Positions 23,818 to 36,844 of a stretch of DNA of 64,000 bases are shown here, one piece after another. Position 1 is the stretch's first letter. Each line of letters opens with the position of its first letter. The position numbers and the translations under genes were made by a program. The stretch is from Octopus vulgaris. Taxonomy: Eukaryota. The notes under the pieces were generated by a model. That model worked only from the letters and a program-made list of their open reading frames with translations, did not search any database and was not told the origin of the DNA. The stretch lies in contig OX597824.1 of assembly GCA_951406725.2 (NCBI GenBank), positions 1,240,001 through 1,304,000 of the forward strand, read 5' to 3'.

Positions 23818-24212
23818 CTTTTACTTGTTTCAGTCATTTGACTGCGGCCATGCTGGAGCACCGCCTTCTAGTCGAGTAAATAGATACCAGGACTTACTCT
23901 TTGTAAGCCTAGTACTTATTCTATCAGTCTCTTTTGCGGAAGCGCTAAGTTACGGGGACGTAAACACACCAGCATCGGTTGTCAAGCAATGGTGGGGGGG
24001 ACAAACACAGACACACAAACATATACACACATACATATATATACATTTATACGACGGGCTTCTTCCACTTTCCGTCTACCAAATCCACTTACAAAGCTTT
24101 GGTCGGCCCGAGGCTATAGTAGAAGACACTTGCCCAAGGTGCCACGCAGTGGGAATGAACCCGGAACCATGTGGTTTGTAAGCAAGCTACTTACCACAGA
24201 GCCACTCCTGCG
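23818..24212 (-). mobile_element. SINE family B copy (near full length)
   Basis: Reverse complement of the family B sequence, with the head GCGCAGGAGTGGCTCTGTGGTAAG at the right end. Confidence 0.85.
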
Positions 24213-24639
24213 CATCATTCTTCGGATTCTTTAATCTTTTGAGCTAGAATTCTAATTAATGATGTTGTTGCTGTTACTGTTGGTGGTGGTGGTGGTGGTT
24301 GTGGTGGCTTGGGTGTTGATAGTGGTTTGTTGTGGTGTCGGGAAAAATGTTGAGGTTTAGTCAAACTATAATAATTCTGCCAATAGACTTATTTTTATTT
24401 GCTATAAAACCATTAAAGTGTCGTAAAAATAGTTTCGTAGATTATAATGTTAGAATGTGTGCGTGTATGTATGTGTATGTATACATATAACTGAATGCGT
24501 GTATAAAAGACACACACACACACGCGCACGTCTATCTGTACACACATACATATATGAGAATATTTATATATACACATACTTATTTCGGCAATTCTACACA
24601 CACATATAGAGAGACACATTTGTTATATATATGTATACT

Positions 24640-24715
<76 letters not shown>

Positions 24716-24818
24716 AATACACACATACACATATATCGTCTGTAAAAAACTAAATCAGAAAGAAGTACACTCTAAAATATAGAGCAGTATATATTAAAAA
24801 TGAGGAAGGCTGGTTTAT

Positions 24819-24877
24819 GAGATTACCCTGGTTTCCCGTCCATAAAGGGTTTAGCATTATGGTGTATCGTCAGATTC
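24819..24877 (-). ncRNA. Hammerhead-like motif in the 3' (pLTR) region of the Penelope-like element
   Basis: Minus strand GAAT-CTGACGA-taca-CCATAA..TTATGG-acgg-GAAA-CCaGGG-TA-ATCTC. Near-palindromic stem III, GUA triplet. Same strand as the GIY-YIG ORF and ~130 nt downstream of it. Confidence 0.55.
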
Positions 24878-25008
24878 CAAAATCTGTTGATCCAAGATTT
24901 CTTTAAAATATGGAGAAGGAAACGCCTTACTACTCAAAATGAACAACTGGGGATCATCTCCCTTTGCTATTAGCTATCGACTTCCGGCTGTGCCCCCATT
25001 TGTGGGCT

Positions 25009-25350
25009 TTAAAAAGCTAGCAGGAACCTCCTGAAATGTAAACATGGCCCGAAAATCTCCGTTCTGGAGTTAAGGATGTTCCCTGGCTCGAATGAGTCTT
25101 TTAGAATTCTCGCGCGTTCGGCTGTGCATAACTTGCAACGTTTCGTCCCGTTGTTGTAGGGGCCTTGGTTCTCGAGGATTTTCAATGAAATCGAGTATGG
25201 AATCCCATCGTCTCTTAGTTGCCAGACGTGGCTGGTCAGTGATGTTACGGAACTCTGAAGGAGGACCTTTGGCTGGCGAGACGTTGGTTGAAAGAGTTCC
25301 CGGAGCATCCAATGTATCTCCCCGGGTATATTTCTTTCAGTGCTGTATCT
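25009..25350 (-). mobile_element. Penelope-like element GIY-YIG endonuclease C-terminal fragment (frameshifted)
   Basis: RYIGCSGNSFNQRLASQRSSFR, then a frameshift, then TSLTSHVWQLRD...PYNNGTKRCKLCTAERARI...ILNSRTEIFGPCLHFRRFLL. Shows YIG, the conserved R, CxxC, E and N, and a terminal CxH pattern typical of PLE endonucleases. Confidence 0.85.
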
Positions 25351-25833
25351 GCTGGTGTTGCTGTTGTTGCTGCTGCCAACATCGTTGTGGTTGGAGCTGG
25401 GGCTGCTGGTTTTGGCGTCGCTGTTGGTGGTTGTGGTGGAATGGTTATTGTGAAGGCGCTGTTGTTGTTATTGTGGTCCTCGTCATTGGTGGGAGAGTTG
25501 CTATTGCTGCCAGAGTTGTCATTAGCTGTGGTTCTACTGGGGTTTCTGCTAGGGCCACTGTCGCTGCTGCTGCTGTTGCTATTATTGCTGGCAGGGACAC
25601 CGGACCTGCTGCTGCTGCTGCTATAAGGGTTGTCAGCGCCGCTAATGTGGCCGTCAGAGAAGCTGTTGGTGTTCCATTCACTCTTTGGTGACACGTTCCA
25701 TACACAACTCAGAAACTATTGGAAAAGATACCTGGATGATTGTTTTATTCATTCTATTTTTCCGAATCGCTAAGTTACGGAGATGTAAATACACCACCTT
25801 CGGTTGTTAAGCGATGTTGGGGGGACAATCAGA

Positions 25834-25887
<54 letters not shown>

Positions 25888-26157
25888 GACAATTATATAT
25901 ATAGACTTCTTTCAGTTTCCGTCTACCAAATACACTCACAAGGCTTTGATCGGCCCGAGGCTATAGTAGAAAACACTTACCCGAGGTGTCACGCAGTGGG
26001 AATGAACCCGGACCATGTGGTTGGTAAGCAGGCTACTTACCATTCCTGCGCCTATATATATATATATATATTTCGAATTTCCAGAAAAAGAAGACAAAGG
26101 CAGGTGAAGGATCGACGAGCAGGTGTATTAGTCTGACACTTGGGAAAAATGGAAAAG

Positions 26158-26195
26158 CCCTTGACGTTTCGAGCCTATGCTCTTCGACAGAAAGG
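26158..26195 (-). ncRNA. Variant minimal hammerhead-like motif (CUGUCGA core)
   Basis: CCTTT-CTGTCGA-A-GAGC-atag-GCTC-GAAA-CG-TC-AAGGG. Stems I and II are intact, stem III is the ACGT palindrome, triplet GUC, core A6>U. Confidence 0.55.
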
Positions 26196-26620
26196 ATTGA
26201 GAGCAAAAAAAAAAGAGAGACAAAAATGCCTAGAATGAACGGTTCACGTGTGTAAATGTGTGAGTGCGCGCGTCACTAGGGTAGTACAGCATTTCTTTGG
26301 TAATGCTTTTTATTTTCGGTAACGGAGTCCCTGCAGATCTGTTTCCTTTCCGTGTGGAGCTCTTCATGTATCAAAAGAGCGACTGATGTAATGAGCTTTC
26401 GTAATTTGGATTAAGAGTTGTCAAATCTTAAAAATCGTCAATGAAGAAAGAACTGACCGTGTACGGATGTTCATCTGTTATTAGTTTAGAAACAGAAGGT
26501 TGTGCGACATGAGTTACTCTCTCTAAGCCTAACAATCAACCTACAGATCCATCTACACGCACACATTTGTGTACGTGTGTGTGTAAGCATGTATGTATAT
26601 CTATATTGATATGTATATAA

Positions 26621-26850
26621 GGCGGCGAGCTGGCAGAAACGTTAGCGCGCCGGGCGAAGTGCTTATCGGTATTTCGTCTGCCGTTACGTTCTGAGTTCAA
26701 ATTCCGCCGAGGTCGACTTTGCCTTTCATCCTTTCGGGGTCGATAAATTAAGTACCAGTTACACACTGGGGTCGATGTAATCGACTTAATCCCTTTGTCT
26801 GTCCTTGTTTGTCTCCTCTGTGTTTAACCCCTTGTGGGTAGTAAAGAAAT
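26621..26850 (+). mobile_element. SINE family A, young full-length monomer
   Basis: GGCGGCGAGCTGGCAGAAACG...GAGTTCAAATTCCGCCGAGGTCGAC...CCCTTGTGGGTAGTAAAGAAATA, CpGs intact. Confidence 0.9.
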
Positions 26851-26977
26851 ATATATTGATATGCATATGTATGCGTGTGTGTGTGTGTATGTGTAAATGT
26901 ATGTGTGCTTGCCTGTGTACGTGTCTACGTGTGTTGAATGTAGTTCTGTGTTGTATGTATGTATGTATGTATGTATA

Positions 26978-27137
26978 GGTGCGGGATTGGCTGTGTGATA
27001 AGAAGCTTGCTTTCCAACCACATGGTTCTGGGTTCAGTTCCACTGTGGCACCTTGGGCAAGTATCTTCTACTGTACTCTCGGGCCGACTAAAACCTTGTG
27101 AATGGATTTGATAGACAGAGACTGAAAGAAGCCTGTC

Positions 27138-27180
<43 letters not shown>

Positions 27181-27340
27181 CTTGTTGTTTCTGTCTGTGT
27201 TTTCCCGTGCACCATTGCAGTTCGGCAAAAAGTGACCGATAGAATAAGTACTAGGCCTACAAGAATAACTCCTGGGGTCGAATTATTCGACTAATGGTGG
27301 TGCTCCAGCATGGCCATAGTGAAATGACTGAACCAAATGA
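26978..27340 (+). mobile_element. SINE family B copy
   Basis: Homologous to 11645-12035. Confidence 0.75.
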
Positions 27341-28142
27341 AAGAGTATGTATGTATGCATGTATGTATGAATTCACACACATTTGTGTGTGTGTATGCAT
27401 GTATGTATATCTATATATCTATTTATATATATATATATATGTATATGTGTGTGTGTAAATGTACGTCTGCGTGCCTGTGTACGTGTGGTGAGTGTAGTTC
27501 TGTGTTGTATGTATGTATGTATGTATGTATGTATGAAAACACACACACTCACACACAAACGAAAGATCACCCACAACCGCGACAACTAATTCAACAACAG
27601 TAGTAAATCTATGTCTTGTGAAACTGAGATTGGTAATGGAGTGAAAGCATAATTAAGAATATCATTTTCCAGTCTACTAACCTCAAATTCAGAGTCTATA
27701 TGGACAAAATCAATGTCTACAATACATATATATATATATATCGATCGGTTTGATATGCAACAGGCATCACACTCTTTGTTCTTGAATATGTTTGAGGAAG
27801 CTGGAACAGATGTTGTCGCGGATAAATTCCAAATCAAAAATTGAAAAGTAACAATAGCTTTGAGGAGTAGCTTAATGGTTCTGCCCATCCTTAATAATGA
27901 AAGACAACCAGAGAGATTTCTTAGATTTAATTCTAGAATGTGCATTTCTTAAGTCAACAGCTTAAAATGTATGCTTCAACCAAAAATGAGAGCCTAGTAA
28001 CAGGGATATTTGCCTTGAGCCCCACTCCCATCCAAGAGACTTTAAATGGTAAAATTAATATATTAGATGACATTAGACTAGTCTCGATCTCTGTCATTCG
28101 GTCTATTGTTGAGGTACCTAGAATAAAAGTATTGATTGAGAC

Positions 28143-28510
28143 CAAAGGTTCTCAACGGGGGGCCATTTGGTGCTCGAGGGTTGCGTTTTGGAGCAAAGAG
28201 GGCTCTCCTGTACTAAAGAGCACTCTTTCAATAGATTGATCTCATAAGTGTCGCATGATGGAAATAAACGCAATTACCAAACTTTCAATTCATTATTTCG
28301 TTTCTTTTTTTTTTTTGCATTTCAATTTGTGTATCTGTACTCCCAACTGCGTACAGCTTGTAAAACGAGGTCCTTTAGTTTTTAATCATTATCTGCTGAT
28401 ATCAAAATAAGAAGTATATTGAAAAATAAACTATATTCTAGGAGGTGGGGGCATTTGTGACTCCAAGGGTCAAAAGGAAGCTTTTGGCTAAAATGGGTTG
28501 AGAAACTTTG
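28143..28510. mobile_element. hAT (Charlie-like) MITE
   Basis: TIRs CAAAGGTTCTCAAC / GTTGAGAAACTTTG match 13/14. Flanking 8-mers ATTGAGAC and ATTTGGAC match 6/8, consistent with a decayed 8-bp TSD. Confidence 0.65.
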
Positions 28511-29903
28511 ATTTGGACCTTCATTCCTAGAGTTTTAGTAGTGGTCCCAGAGAAGGACCCCTAATAAAAGAAGAAAAGCAATGATTAATTTCCATTGCTT
28601 GATGCACTGATGCAGAGGATAAAATCGGTTTTTAGAAGATTATTTATGGAAACCAGCAACCACTGAACTCTATTAACTAGGAATTCCGCTAACAGGGGTC
28701 GACGATAAGGGAATCGGTGGGTATACATCTCAGATTTTGAGGGAAGGGGTACTTTAGCCATTTCAATCGACCTTACTATATGACTGGTATCTAATTCGAT
28801 TAATTTCAGAAGGAAGAAAAGTAATGTTGACCACTGCGGGTTTTAAAATAGAGAGCGTAAAGAGCCGGAACAATTATCTCAAGGCGTTTCGTCCGGCACT
28901 CCAACGATTCTGTCAATCTACCGCCCATTCTAGTAGAACAATATTAATTATTCCTAATTTAGACACAAAACTAACAATTTCGAAGGGGTAGTGGTGGTGT
29001 TGGTGGATTAGTGGATTTCGTTGGTCTCAGTGCTTCCCTGACACTTTATTGATCCCCAACCACGAAAGGACGAAAAAAGAAAACTTATCGTCGGTGGGAT
29101 TTGAACTCAGGTGATGAAGAACCGCTAGAACTAGCACCAGGAAATTTTATCGATGCTTCACCGATTCTACCACCCCGCCACTTTGATAGTACAAGCAACG
29201 ATAATTATTTCTAGTTTTAGAAACAAAGTCAAGAATGTTTAAGTGAAGGGATTAATCGATTTCGAAAGCTTAAGCTGCAGTAACTGAATATACAACTGAT
29301 AAAACTCGGGTAAAATGGTAGGAGTGGATCTCCGTCGTTGGACGAAGAGGATTCAGTTGTTTGATCAACTGAATTCCTGATTCTGATTTAACAAGTAAGG
29401 GACTAAAGGTTCAGACACAAGCCCCTCAGTTAGAATCAGGGTGACGCAGGGTGAGAATTACGGGTGGCTTTGAATTGCTCGTACACGCTACCCGACAGCT
29501 TCTATCCAGTTTCAGAGCATATACAGCTTGATTCACAGTATATTTGGCAACACAACGGGGATATTTACCCGAGGTACCATTCAGTAGGATCGAACACAGA
29601 ACCGTGTGGAGGCGAAGCAGACTTCCTACCAGTTCGGCTAAACTCTGCTCCTACTTCTACGTCATTCTTTTCGCTTATTCTTTCTTTCTTTTACTTGTTT
29701 CAGTCATGTGACTGCGGCCATGCTGCAGCACCGCCTTTCGTCGAACAAATCGACTCCAGGACTTATTCTTTGTAAGCCTTGTAATTATTCTACCGAATCT
29801 CTTTTGCCGAACCATTAAGTTACGGGGAGGCAAACACACCAACATCGGTTGTCAAGTGATGGTGGGAACAAACACAAACACACAAATACATACATACATA
29901 CTT

Positions 29904-29981
<78 letters not shown>

Positions 29982-30345
29982 GTGGTGGTGCAATGGCCCA
30001 GTGGTTAGGGCAGCGGACTCGCGTCCGTGGGATCGCGGAATCGATTCCTAGACCGGGCGTTGAGAATGTTTATTGACCAAAAACACCTAAAGCTCCTCGA
30101 GGCTCCAGCAGCGGGTGGTGGTGAACTCTGCTGTGCTCTTTCACCACAGTTTTCTCTCACTCCTTCTTCCAGTTTCTGTCGTACCTGTATTTCAAAGGGG
30201 CCAGCCTTGTCACACTCTGTATCACACTGAATCTCCTCGAGAACTACGTTAAGGGTACACGTGTCAGTGGAGTGCTCAACCACTTGCACGTTAATTTCAC
30301 GATCGGATCAACTGGAACCCTCGTCGTGGTTATCGACGGAGTGTC
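29982..30345 (+). mobile_element. tRNA-derived SINE family D nested in the microsatellite of a minus-strand family B SINE (29690-30530)
   Basis: Head TGGCCCAGTGGTTAGGGC (A box) ... GAATCGATTCC (B box-like). The 3' body AACTACGTTAAGGGTACACGTGTC...CACTTGCACGTTAATTTCACG is shared with 62452-62776. Confidence 0.8.
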
Positions 30346-31037
30346 ACGACATATATATATATATACAACGGGCTTCTTTCAGTTTCCGTCTGCCAAATTC
30401 ACTCACAAGATTTTGGTTAGCCCGAGGCTATAGTAGAAGACACTTGCCCAAGGTGCTGCGCAGTGTGACTGAACCCAGAACCATGTGGTTTGGGAAGCAA
30501 GCTTCTTACCACACAGCCGCTCCTGCGCCTATTTAATAAGCAATATAAATGCACATTCTGAAAGCAAGAAGAAGAAAGAAAAAAATTGCAAAAACTTAAG
30601 CTAAAGAAAGTAAAGAAGGAAAGAAAATATAAATGCAAACCAGGGTGTATATAAACGTAATTGAATTCAAGATAGAATGCATTAAAATTCGAAATATAAA
30701 TTGAAGGAAATGATATTGAAGGTGGTGGTGGTGGTGGGACTCGGTTGTGTCTATGGTAGAAGTGACAAGTGGTAATTGTTAGAAATATGAAGTGGTTTAG
30801 TGCGAGAGAATGCACGTGACCTGGTGGTTGGGATTAGGATGCTTGATTTAAATATGTCAGATGCTCAGGAATGTATTGCGACTGAATCAGTTTCACTTAA
30901 ACCAAACTGGCTTCAGTGAAGGCGAGCGACTTAGTGGTTTGGATCGCTCGTCTCGTCGAGGACGGTGCATTGTGTCTTTGAGAAAGGCCCTTCATTTCAC
31001 ATAACTTCAGTCTAATTAAGTGAAAATGACTACCTAT

Positions 31038-31250
31038 TTCCTTACTACCCACAAGGGGCTAAACACAGAGGGGACAAACAAGGACAGACAAACGGATTAA
31101 GTCGATTAGATTAACCCCAGTGCGTAACTGGTATTTATTTAAGGGATGAAAGGCAAAGTCGACCTCGGCGGAATTTGAACTCAGAACGTAACGGCAGACG
31201 AGATACCGCGTTTCGTCCGGCGTGCTAACGTTTCTGCCAGCTCGCCGCCT
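31038..31250 (-). mobile_element. SINE family A copy
   Basis: Reverse complement of 26621-26850. Confidence 0.85.
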
Positions 31251-31811
31251 TAATGACTACCATCTGAAAGTTGGTGCAACCCTCTTTTTTCTCTCTCTCT
31301 CTCTCTATATATATATATCTCAGACACACACAGGCACCCCACCTCCTGCCATGTCCCCGATGTACCCCTGGATCAAAGGGTAGAAAAGTCAAGAGGATGT
31401 GTATTTCTGCTCACGACTACATGAGCGCCTAAAACAATCAGTAAAAGAAGCAACACGGTAATAAACCACATTCGTTCGCGAGTGACGACTGGCTCTATAG
31501 AGGACTGTCGACATAGTGAGTCTGTATAATACTATATAATACTATGTGTAGAGCAGTTGTGTATAGTACAGTGCGATATATTTATAGCGTGTTTTTGTTT
31601 TCTGAAATTACGTACGCTGCTGTTATTTCATTCTCCCTTTTGTTTGTCTCAGTCATTAGAGAACGAAAAAGGAATCAGAACGATGCAAAAGGGGATTTAG
31701 AGTTGTTTCCCCGCTTTTGCTCCTTTTTCGTTTTCCTTCTTCCAATTTTTATATCTACTTCTTTCTCGCTTTTCTCTCATATTATCCTATTTTTAGTTTG
31801 TTATACTAAAT

Positions 31812-31890
31812 TGCCTGAAGATTGCACAGAGACACCAGACGTATTAGAAAATACTGTCTGGCATGCTTTCATCACATGAAACTAATAGCA
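31812..31890 (+). ncRNA. Possible hammerhead-like motif with long stem II insert
   Basis: TGC-CTGAAGA-...CCAGAC-GTATT/AATAC-t-GTCTGG...-GAAA-CTAA-TA-GCA. Only a 3-bp stem I; followed by (TA)n. Confidence 0.3.
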
Positions 31891-31917
31891 TCATATAAAA
31901 ACATATATTGTGTTTAT

Positions 31918-31970
<53 letters not shown>

Positions 31971-32950
31971 TTGTATTTATCTATGTATGTATGTGCATGT
32001 ATGTGTGTGTGTGTTTGTGTGTGTGCGTGTGTAATATATATAGATGCATTACGGGCTTTCAAATTATTTCCTCCGATCAATTTGACTTAACATTATTTGA
32101 ATAGTTTTGGTACAGTGGCTGAATCTCACATTGGCATCGGAACGGTTAGAGCACGAACAGGTGCGACAGGAGATACCAGGTTGAAGAAATCCACTTAACC
32201 ATCGCTCTTGATTGGTATTTTTCGACTCATTAAAATCTTTCTATCCGATCCCATGATTGATCCCCGAATTAAAAGCAGTAATGCCATCACGCACCACATG
32301 GCTGGTAATAGAATATCAATCATCTACCCTTTAGTCGAAGGTCAACGCACTTGCAATCCTACCCCCCGCAGATCTGTTGAGAGATTTGAGGATTTCTTTA
32401 GAAAAAGCGTTTTAAAATAATAATGAAGAAATATTACACATTAACGATCCTTGTTACTTTATAAAATATAATTTTTACGACAAGTGTGAACTGCAAAGAC
32501 GATACAAACGGAAATGAAATTAGAAAGCGAAAAGAGAAAATTAAATTAGTGTAAAATATTTACTGCAATGGCTGCTGTAGAACTTTTACCGCGTTACAAG
32601 TAATAAATCAACTTTATTAATATTTCCTCACAGTTTCAATTTCTTCTTGAATTCAATTTAACTTCATTAGTGCTGTTACTATAATAACAGGAAAATCATG
32701 CTCCACACCTCACCTTTTCTCTCGTTCGAAATACAACACTTCCTGCCGATGCCAACATTTTCTGCTTCAGTGTTACAATATTTGCAGGGCAGGTACCTAT
32801 CTAATCAATTTAATTATCTGCACAATAAATACCTGAAAATTTATCGTTCCCGCTCCCGTTTAAGTTGGAAAAAAAAGCAATGTTCGCTTTGACATGGCTC
32901 ATATTACAACAGATAAAATAGGCCAAAATACTCTAACTTAAGCCTAATAT

Positions 32951-33015
<65 letters not shown>

Positions 33016-34119
33016 TCTCTATTCTAAGGAGCCTTGATACGCTTTTAGTAATCCTATAGTCGTTAACAAATACTTTGAAGTGGGGACTTGACATACAAAC
33101 AACGGTTTTTATCACAGGTCGAAGCTAATCAATCACCTATGACCTAGAAAATGTCGTGAATATTGCAAAATATTTTCTTCCTTAAACTCTTCTAATTTTG
33201 TACTGAAGAAAAAAATAACTGATCGATATTTTTAGTTTGATTATCCGAAGTGAGTTAAATACCTGAGATGACCCACTTTCGTTTCTTGTATCCAATTCAC
33301 TCTTCTCAAATTTCGAATGGGAAGCACCGGGGATTGAGTGCGCAGCTTAAGGCAAGTCAAATCTTCAATCTAGTTTCGATTCCTTCTTATTTCCTTTTCA
33401 TCATGTCGAGGTGGCGAACTGGCTGAGTTGTTAGAGCGTCGGACAAAATACCTCTCAGTATTTGTACGGGTGTGAATTCAAATCCCGCCCATATTAAATG
33501 TGTTCTTAACAAAATATACCAATCCTGGCAAATGAAATGGCAGAAGTGTGAGAACAAAGAACCGGATGCCTTAAGATATTTGTTCCAATCCCTTCAGTTC
33601 AGATACCCAATCTTATCGAATTCAAATTTGCTTTTCGGGGTCGATAAAAGAAGTAAGGATCCGGAACAGTGGACTGGCTGAACAATACTAAAGTCGGACT
33701 GGAAGTTTTGCGGTTTTTATTCCAGCTTTTTGCATTCTGAGTTCAAATTCCACTTTGGTTTATTTGTGTGGTAGACATCACCTGCTGTCCGTTTTAGCAC
33801 CACTACTTGGTTCCTTGGGTGTCTTTAGCGGAAGCCACAGTTTCTGTTGGTTTCGGAGGCCCCGTAAATTGTAAAAGAAGTACAAAACCATATCATAGAT
33901 CGGCGCGAGAGTTAGTCAATAATCCTTTCTACTCAAGGCACAAGGCCTGAAATTTTGGGGGTGAGGGACGAGTCGATTACATCGACCCCCGTATTCAACT
34001 AGTACTTAATTTATCGATCCCGAAAGGATGAAAGCAAAGTCGACCTCGGCGGAATTTGAACTTAGACAGTAACGACGGGCGAAATACCGCTCAGCATTTC
34101 ATCTAGTGTGTTAGCGATT

Positions 34120-34470
34120 CTTTTATAATCTTCTCCGCTAGTTCCTCAGCAGTTACGATGGGATTTTGTTCTACCAGGGTTTGCAGGACGTCCTCGTCGA
34201 GCTCTGCAGATATTCCAGGACGAGACTCATCTCCCGGTTCGGAATTTCCGAAACCACCGTTGACACGTTTACTGTCCGATCCCCATATACTGCATTAATA
34301 TTCCTCGCACTTTCCGTTGCGTTGTTGCCTTTATTGAACTCATAAAGCAAAATATGCCGAATCTGCTCCTTTGTCACTTCCATTATAACTTTGAAAAAAA
34401 TAACTGTTGAAATCGAACTGCACTCTTCAAAACTTGCACTAAGAATAAGGACAAGGTAAAATGACTTTTC
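34120..34470 (-). mobile_element. Mariner transposase N-terminal (HTH) fragment
   Basis: MEVTKEQIRHILLYEFNKGNNATESARNINAVYGDRTVNVSTV is a Mos1-type N-terminal HTH, followed by a frameshift. Confidence 0.85.
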
Positions 34471-34772
34471 TTGCCGTCAAAGAGCGGATTTCCAGTCCCC
34501 TCGCTCCTGTCCGTTTTAGTAGACTCTTACGCCAGTAAGGGAATACGTCGACTGCATTTTACCGACCCCCCCCCCACTCAGCCGCAGGGGAGTTTGCTAG
34601 TTAACCCATAGCAGGGACCCTTACAGGTGCTACTACTCCGGGCCAGAGTAAATCTGGGAACAATAGTAGCTGAGAGGTGATTCCACATTCCTGAAACCCT
34701 GAAACCAGGGCTCCAGTGTCCCCTACCGTATATAGTTTATAGTCATATCCAGGACTTGGAATTGCGAAAAAT

Positions 34773-35230
34773 ATGCGGAGAGGTAAAATGTTGAGTATGA
34801 AAGCGAAAAGCGGTGTGGATGAAGGCATGATTGTGCCGACTATGTTATATGGTGCAGAGACGTTGGGGCTGAGAGAGGCGGAAAAGAAGCGAATAGATGT
34901 GTTTGAGATGAGATGTCTGAGCGGTATGGTTGGTGTGACACGGGCGGACAGGATGAGGAATGAGGAAGTGCGAAGACGAGCAGGAATGAAAGAAAAACTA
35001 ACAAACAAATTGGACAGACGAATGTTGCGGTGGTTTGGCCACATGGGGTAGATGGATGAGGAGCGGATGGTAAGGAGGGTGGTAGGCAGTAGAACCAGAG
35101 GCAGACCTCGGTTTGTGTGGATGGATGGAGGGAGGAAACCTTTGGTGGTTAGTGGTGCTGGTGTGAGAGAGAGGCAAGAGAGTTTATAAATGAGAGGAAA
35201 GCTTGGAGAGTGTTTGTGGACGGATGAGTG
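34773..35230 (+). mobile_element. RTE-clade LINE RT C-terminal fragment
   Basis: VPTMLYGAETLGL...DVFEMRCL...TRADRMRNEEVRRR...LRWFGHMG*MDEERMV, with an in-frame stop. Confidence 0.9.
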
Positions 35231-35883
35231 AATTCTGATGTTGCTCAAAGGAGTAGGGAACCAGCATGATGCGGTGGGGGTAAACCGGCATATGCTCTCG
35301 GGCTCTGCGGCTGATATTAGGGGCCGCGTTCTATGCCTTAACCCTAGCATAAAACGGGGCTCACCTCTTTCTGCTGGGAAATGAATGGAATGCCTGATGT
35401 GTGTCTTCTGGCTATCCATTCCTAGAAAAAGGAGCTATCTACTCCTAAAAAAATGGGGAATTATATATATATAATTCCTATCTGCTTCAGGTCTATATTT
35501 AAGAGATGAATTATGTACAATATTTACATTATTTATATTATTTACATTTGACGGATATTTGTCCTCTTCTAATTTGTTGTTAACAGAACGTTTCGGTTGG
35601 AGGGTATATCAGCCGAAACGTTAATGTAAATAATGTAAATAATGTAAATAATGTACTACCTGCTTTTATAGCAAGTTGATGCAGGTAGTTTATTCCGCAT
35701 CCCTCTTGTTCATGCAACTGAAAAAAACAAACAAACCCCGCATCATTTATGGAATGACACAACTTATATGCATACATATATATATATATATATATATATA
35801 GAGATAGATAGATACATTTAGATATATAAATGTATACTTGCTTACACAAACTCACACACGCACACATACACATACACACATGC

Positions 35884-35981
<98 letters not shown>

Positions 35982-36197
35982 TATGTATGTATGTATGTAT
36001 ATCGTTAACAAATCAATTCACACATGGAAAAATGTAAACAAAGTAATGCTACTCAAATTAATAGATTGCCTGCAGTGAACTCACGAGTATTCCCAATTAT
36101 ATTAGAAAAGAGAAGAAAAATCACCACCAAATAAACGGATGTCTGGCTGTCTGTCTGCCTGTCTGTATATCTGTCCGTCAGTCTGTCTATCTGTCTG

Positions 36198-36282
<85 letters not shown>

Positions 36283-36713
36283 TGATTGATGGAACATTTG
36301 GATGTACACAAATTTATTTTGATGTGGAATTTTTCATATTTTTCATTGCTTGTCTTTCTTTTTTCTTTCATGTATGATTCAGTGAATGATTCATCGAACG
36401 AAGTTAGCGACATCAACAAATTTTGTCATAACTTCAAGTGATTGTTACTTGTGAACGGCCGTATGTCTGTCATTGCATTTTAGCGAGAATTTACACGGCA
36501 GTGACTGGCTGATGCACACGCGTACATATATACATACATACCTACATACATACACAAACACATATGTATATATAGATGTGGATATATATATGTGTGTGTA
36601 TCTATCTATATATATATATGTACGTGCACATGCATTGAAATATATTGCACGTCCTTAACCTGGATTTTGTTCCAAGTGAGACTATGTATGTATGAATGTA
36701 TGCATACACCCTT

Positions 36714-36838
<125 letters not shown>

Positions 36839-36844
36839 TAGTGA

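Noticed and set aside
27586-28145. Possible secreted-peptide ORF (MGRTIKLLLKAIVTFQFLIW...CDACC)
   Set aside because: No recognisable family, interrupted by (TA)n, no convincing splice context; cannot be supported without expression data.
34601-35419. 272-aa minus-strand ORF
   Set aside because: Antisense shadow of the RTE fragment and adjacent repeats.
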